Below the pieces are notes generated by a model, which saw nothing but the letters and a program-made list of their open reading frames with translations, made no database searches and had not been told where the DNA came from. The translations under genes were made by a program, and so were the position numbers. A DNA stretch of 64,000 nt from Peribolospora baueri (taxonomy: Eukaryota): contig JAMDHS010000004.1 of NCBI GenBank assembly GCA_029717555.1, positions 1 to 64,000 of the forward strand. Reading direction: 5' to 3'. Position 1 is the first letter of the stretch, and each line of letters opens with the position of its first letter. This document shows, piece by piece, positions 61,271-64,000 of this stretch.

Positions 61271-61646
61271 TAGAACTAGGGTCACACCTTTGTTTTGTCC
61301 GACAATAGCCCAGAAAAGCATAGTCACATGAAGGGGCGGAGCAGCGCATCGAAAAGAACGCATTTTGCGTGTCGATGCGATCCTCAGAAACGCCTGGCAG
61401 CCGCCGAAAATGCCGAGGTGGCGTCCTGCGGGCAGTGGACTTTTATTTGTGGGTCCGGAAATCCCAGCCGCTCGTCGTGGCTTGGGACAGCCGGTCCAGC
61501 TAGTCTAGGCGGCGCCGGAGGGTTTCGAAAACGATCATATGATCGCTGTATCCCTAACAAAAGCCGCGACCGCGCCTCCTGAGCCTCTGGACAACTACCC
61601 ACCTCATCACCCGGTTCCCTGTGCGACAACCGGACTAGCGTCAGCA

Positions 61647-62320
61647 ATGCCACCAAGGACCACCGCCAGCGCGGCAGCAGCAGCCGCAGAATCAACCAAC
61701 GATCCTGTCGCCACTCTCGTCGAATAACTCTCCGACCGCGTCAAGGCTCTCGAGGAGGCAAATCGAAGCCAACGGGAAAAGCTTCGAGAGCTGGAGGAGG
61801 AGCGCGCAGTCCGGCGCGACACCCCCTCTTCCTCGCAGCCGGAGAGCCTTGCATCGCCGACCATCGCCAAGGAGCCTAGCCTCGACGGTGACGGAGGAAG
61901 AGGAGTGGAGACGAGAGGCAGGAGGAAGGGAAACCTGCAGGGTCAGGCGCTGATGGCAAGCTCGTCAGCAGGATCGATGGACGCGACGAGGCCAGGCAGC
62001 GACCAGGTCGAGAGGCGGAAGCGGCTGAGTGACGGAGGAGAAGAGGCGCCACCAAGAGCCAGGAGTTAGGATGGCGTTTCACATGCGCACGGCGGGACAC
62101 ATCACGAGGGAGTGGGGGATGAAGTGGTATGGCTGGCTGCTCGCAATCCTCCTTCGAAGAGCAACGACATTTGCACAAATCCTGATGTGGCGGCGTGGAC
62201 GGCAGCAAGGGGCACAACGAAGCCGGCGGCGAAGGTGAACACGGCGTATGTGGTCACCACGGACGAGGGATCCAACTCTGTTTCTCTCATGTCGACCGGC
62301 CCGATGCTCCCGCCGAACAA
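61647..62320 (+). mobile_element. Probable Ty3/Gypsy relic: a stop-interrupted coiled-coil (gag-like) ORF followed by a post-integrase fragment
   Basis: MPPRTT...VATLVE*LSDRVKALEEANRSQREKLRELEEER (in-frame TAA at 61725); VGDEVVWLAARNPPSK...KVNTAYVV...IQLCFSHVDR resembles VGD.VWL..kN...aY.L...ihpvFHVS. Confidence 0.5.
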
Positions 62321-62445
62321 CCTGAGCAACAGCCAGACATGCAACGTGCCGCACATTCGACTCCGCGACATAATCTCATAAGACTGATTTCAAGCACCAG
62401 ACATGTCTAAAAAAACAGCATTGGTCGAGTCAGAAAAACACTCAC

Positions 62446-62783
62446 ATCCACCTGAAGCCGGACTCCTTCCATAGACGCGATGCAATGTGGTCCGCAATAA
62501 CCTTATTCCTCTCCGTTGCTGGGACATGGGCAGCAAGGGATAGCTCACTAGGAGAAAGCTGAATCTTGACATGGGATCCGAATTGGCCATTTTCGAAGTG
62601 TCGAGCCTTGCGTACGAGGGCCAGGAAGTCATGGAGCATGAAAACAGGCCTTTCGGCAAAAATGCGTTTTTGCCCATGGTGGTTGCATTGCGCATAGTAG
62701 TCACCTAAAAGGTTTTTTTGAGACCACTGGGATAAAGGAACCTCTTTCCCACATCTTCGGCAGAACCTGTTGTTGCCTTCCAT
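62446..62783 (-). mobile_element. Truncated exon with a Cys/His cluster, possibly the N-terminus of a MULE-type DNA-transposon protein
   Basis: Lower-GC ORF with FCRRCGKE...AQCNHH and IADHIASRLWKESGFRW, ending at a GTGAGT donor with no downstream exon found. The motif resembles the 'ia..iW..tGYRF' segment I recall from basidiomycete transposase-like proteins. Confidence 0.35.
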
Positions 62784-64000
62784 GGTCTCAAAGACGAAGG
62801 ATGTGTAGGTATTGAAGTGGTGCAGAAGGGAAAGGAGTGGTCGGAGGACAGAGGATGCCGCTCGGGCAAGCGACGACGACGACGACAGGGGAAAAAAAGA
62901 GACGTATGCGTGGCATCTCGTGACATAGCCCTAACTTTATTTTTCGGGGTGGGGTGCGTTTTGTGCGAGCGGTCGTGCGGCGGTGTCTAAATGAGTTATT
63001 CTGCGTCGTTCGAGCTCGGGTCGGGTGGGATGACGGTCTACCAGCTAGGAGGGATGGATGAGGAACGCTTCGGCTTTGCTTGTGGTTGGACCCACGTACT
63101 CTGTTGTTATCTTCTGTGAACCACGCGCCGAGACGCAATGCTTTTTGTTGCGCGAGCCGCCGAGAAATGTCGATCCCCATACGGGGAGCCTTGAGTGTTT
63201 CATTAACTGATTTATTTCGGATCGGCGCGGCGCTCCTACGCCTGTGTCACCGCTGCGCCACCGGTCGCAGGCCAGGGTTGCTACCGCTAGCCAATCCCAA
63301 CCCCGCCAATAGCTCTCCACCGCTCTTGATATTACTTCCTGCCTGTCGAGCGTCCTTGACTAGGGGGCGACGTTCGCCAGTGGTTCGGAGATGGGAAAAA
63401 GCTGTCGCTAGGGCGAGGCCGCCTAGACCCCACAGGGCGCCTTGGAAGAGGGGGGAGACAATCTGAAGGAGGGGGGATGGTGAGAGAGGATTGGAAGCAA
63501 AGAGAGATGCAGTGGATAAGAGGCCGACCAGATGTGGTTCCTGTGCAATGTGTCCTCTGAAAGAGTCAGACCGTTTGGCCGGTCGCTACCCACTTGGTCT
63601 CGAACGGTGACCCAGAGGAGAGGACCCCTTTTTCACAGCAAGCGAATACGCAAACGGAAAGGCGATGGGAGGTAAAAGCGAGAACAGGGATGGGGAAAAG
63701 AAAGGGAGCGGGAAAGAGGTAAGCAAACGAACGAACGCGAGAGTCGAAATGGGAGCGAAACGAGCGAGCAAGTAGGACAAGGCAAAACGTCAAGGGCTGA
63801 AACAAACAATAACCGACCATTCTATCCTCAGCGGCCCGAGCCAAAGCTTCGTCTTTCCGTCCCCTTGCCCTTCACCGCGCTTCTCGTCGTCCACGACGCC
63901 CTGCGCCCTCTTGCCTTCGTCGGGTCGGGCGTCGTGCACGAATCCACGAACGGAAGCGAGATAGGAGGACTCGAAGCGGAGGTCGGGGAGGGTGAGTTTC

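Noticed and set aside
61725..61727. Programmed stop-codon readthrough or A-to-I editing at the in-frame TAA
   Set aside because: The context is a decayed TE-like region, and a CAA-to-TAA mutation is the simpler explanation.

Overview
GC-rich, intron-rich eukaryotic DNA from a fungus, most likely a basidiomycete yeast (short GT-AG introns with CTRAC/CTGAT branch sites, intron-containing tRNA); it is not prokaryotic. Exons were reconstructed by eye. Recognisable genes, left to right: NUFIP1/Rsa1-like snoRNP assembly factor (runs off the left end), atypical Cys-motif/polyQ bZIP factor, COMPASS subunit SPP1, Rab5/Ypt5-family GTPase, Zn(II)2Cys6 transcription factor, degenerate NmrA-like protein, tRNA-Gly(TCC), SDR oxidoreductase (two apparent frameshifts), NOSIP, a USP deubiquitinase, an orphan coiled-coil RING protein, an allantoate/nicotinate-type MFS permease, SIZ/PIAS SUMO ligase, LSM1, a mitochondrial-carrier-like protein, RPS16 and mitochondrial uL4. 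Three accessory, repeat-rich islands (about 25.3-29.1, 38.3-43.3 and 58.9-63.5 kb) hold Copia, Gypsy and DNA-transposon relics. The most unusual structures are: (i) at 60.06-61.56 kb, two convergent, apparently paralogous orphan genes that overlap across a 136-bp near-perfect inverted repeat, so either transcript would fold into a long hairpin; (ii) an about 810-bp foldback element at 27.0-27.8 kb whose 246-bp arms enclose an intron-containing gene fragment; and (iii) modules of that repeat that bracket the tRNA-Gly gene at 28 kb but lie almost adjacent, and partly inverted, at 59.3-59.7 kb.
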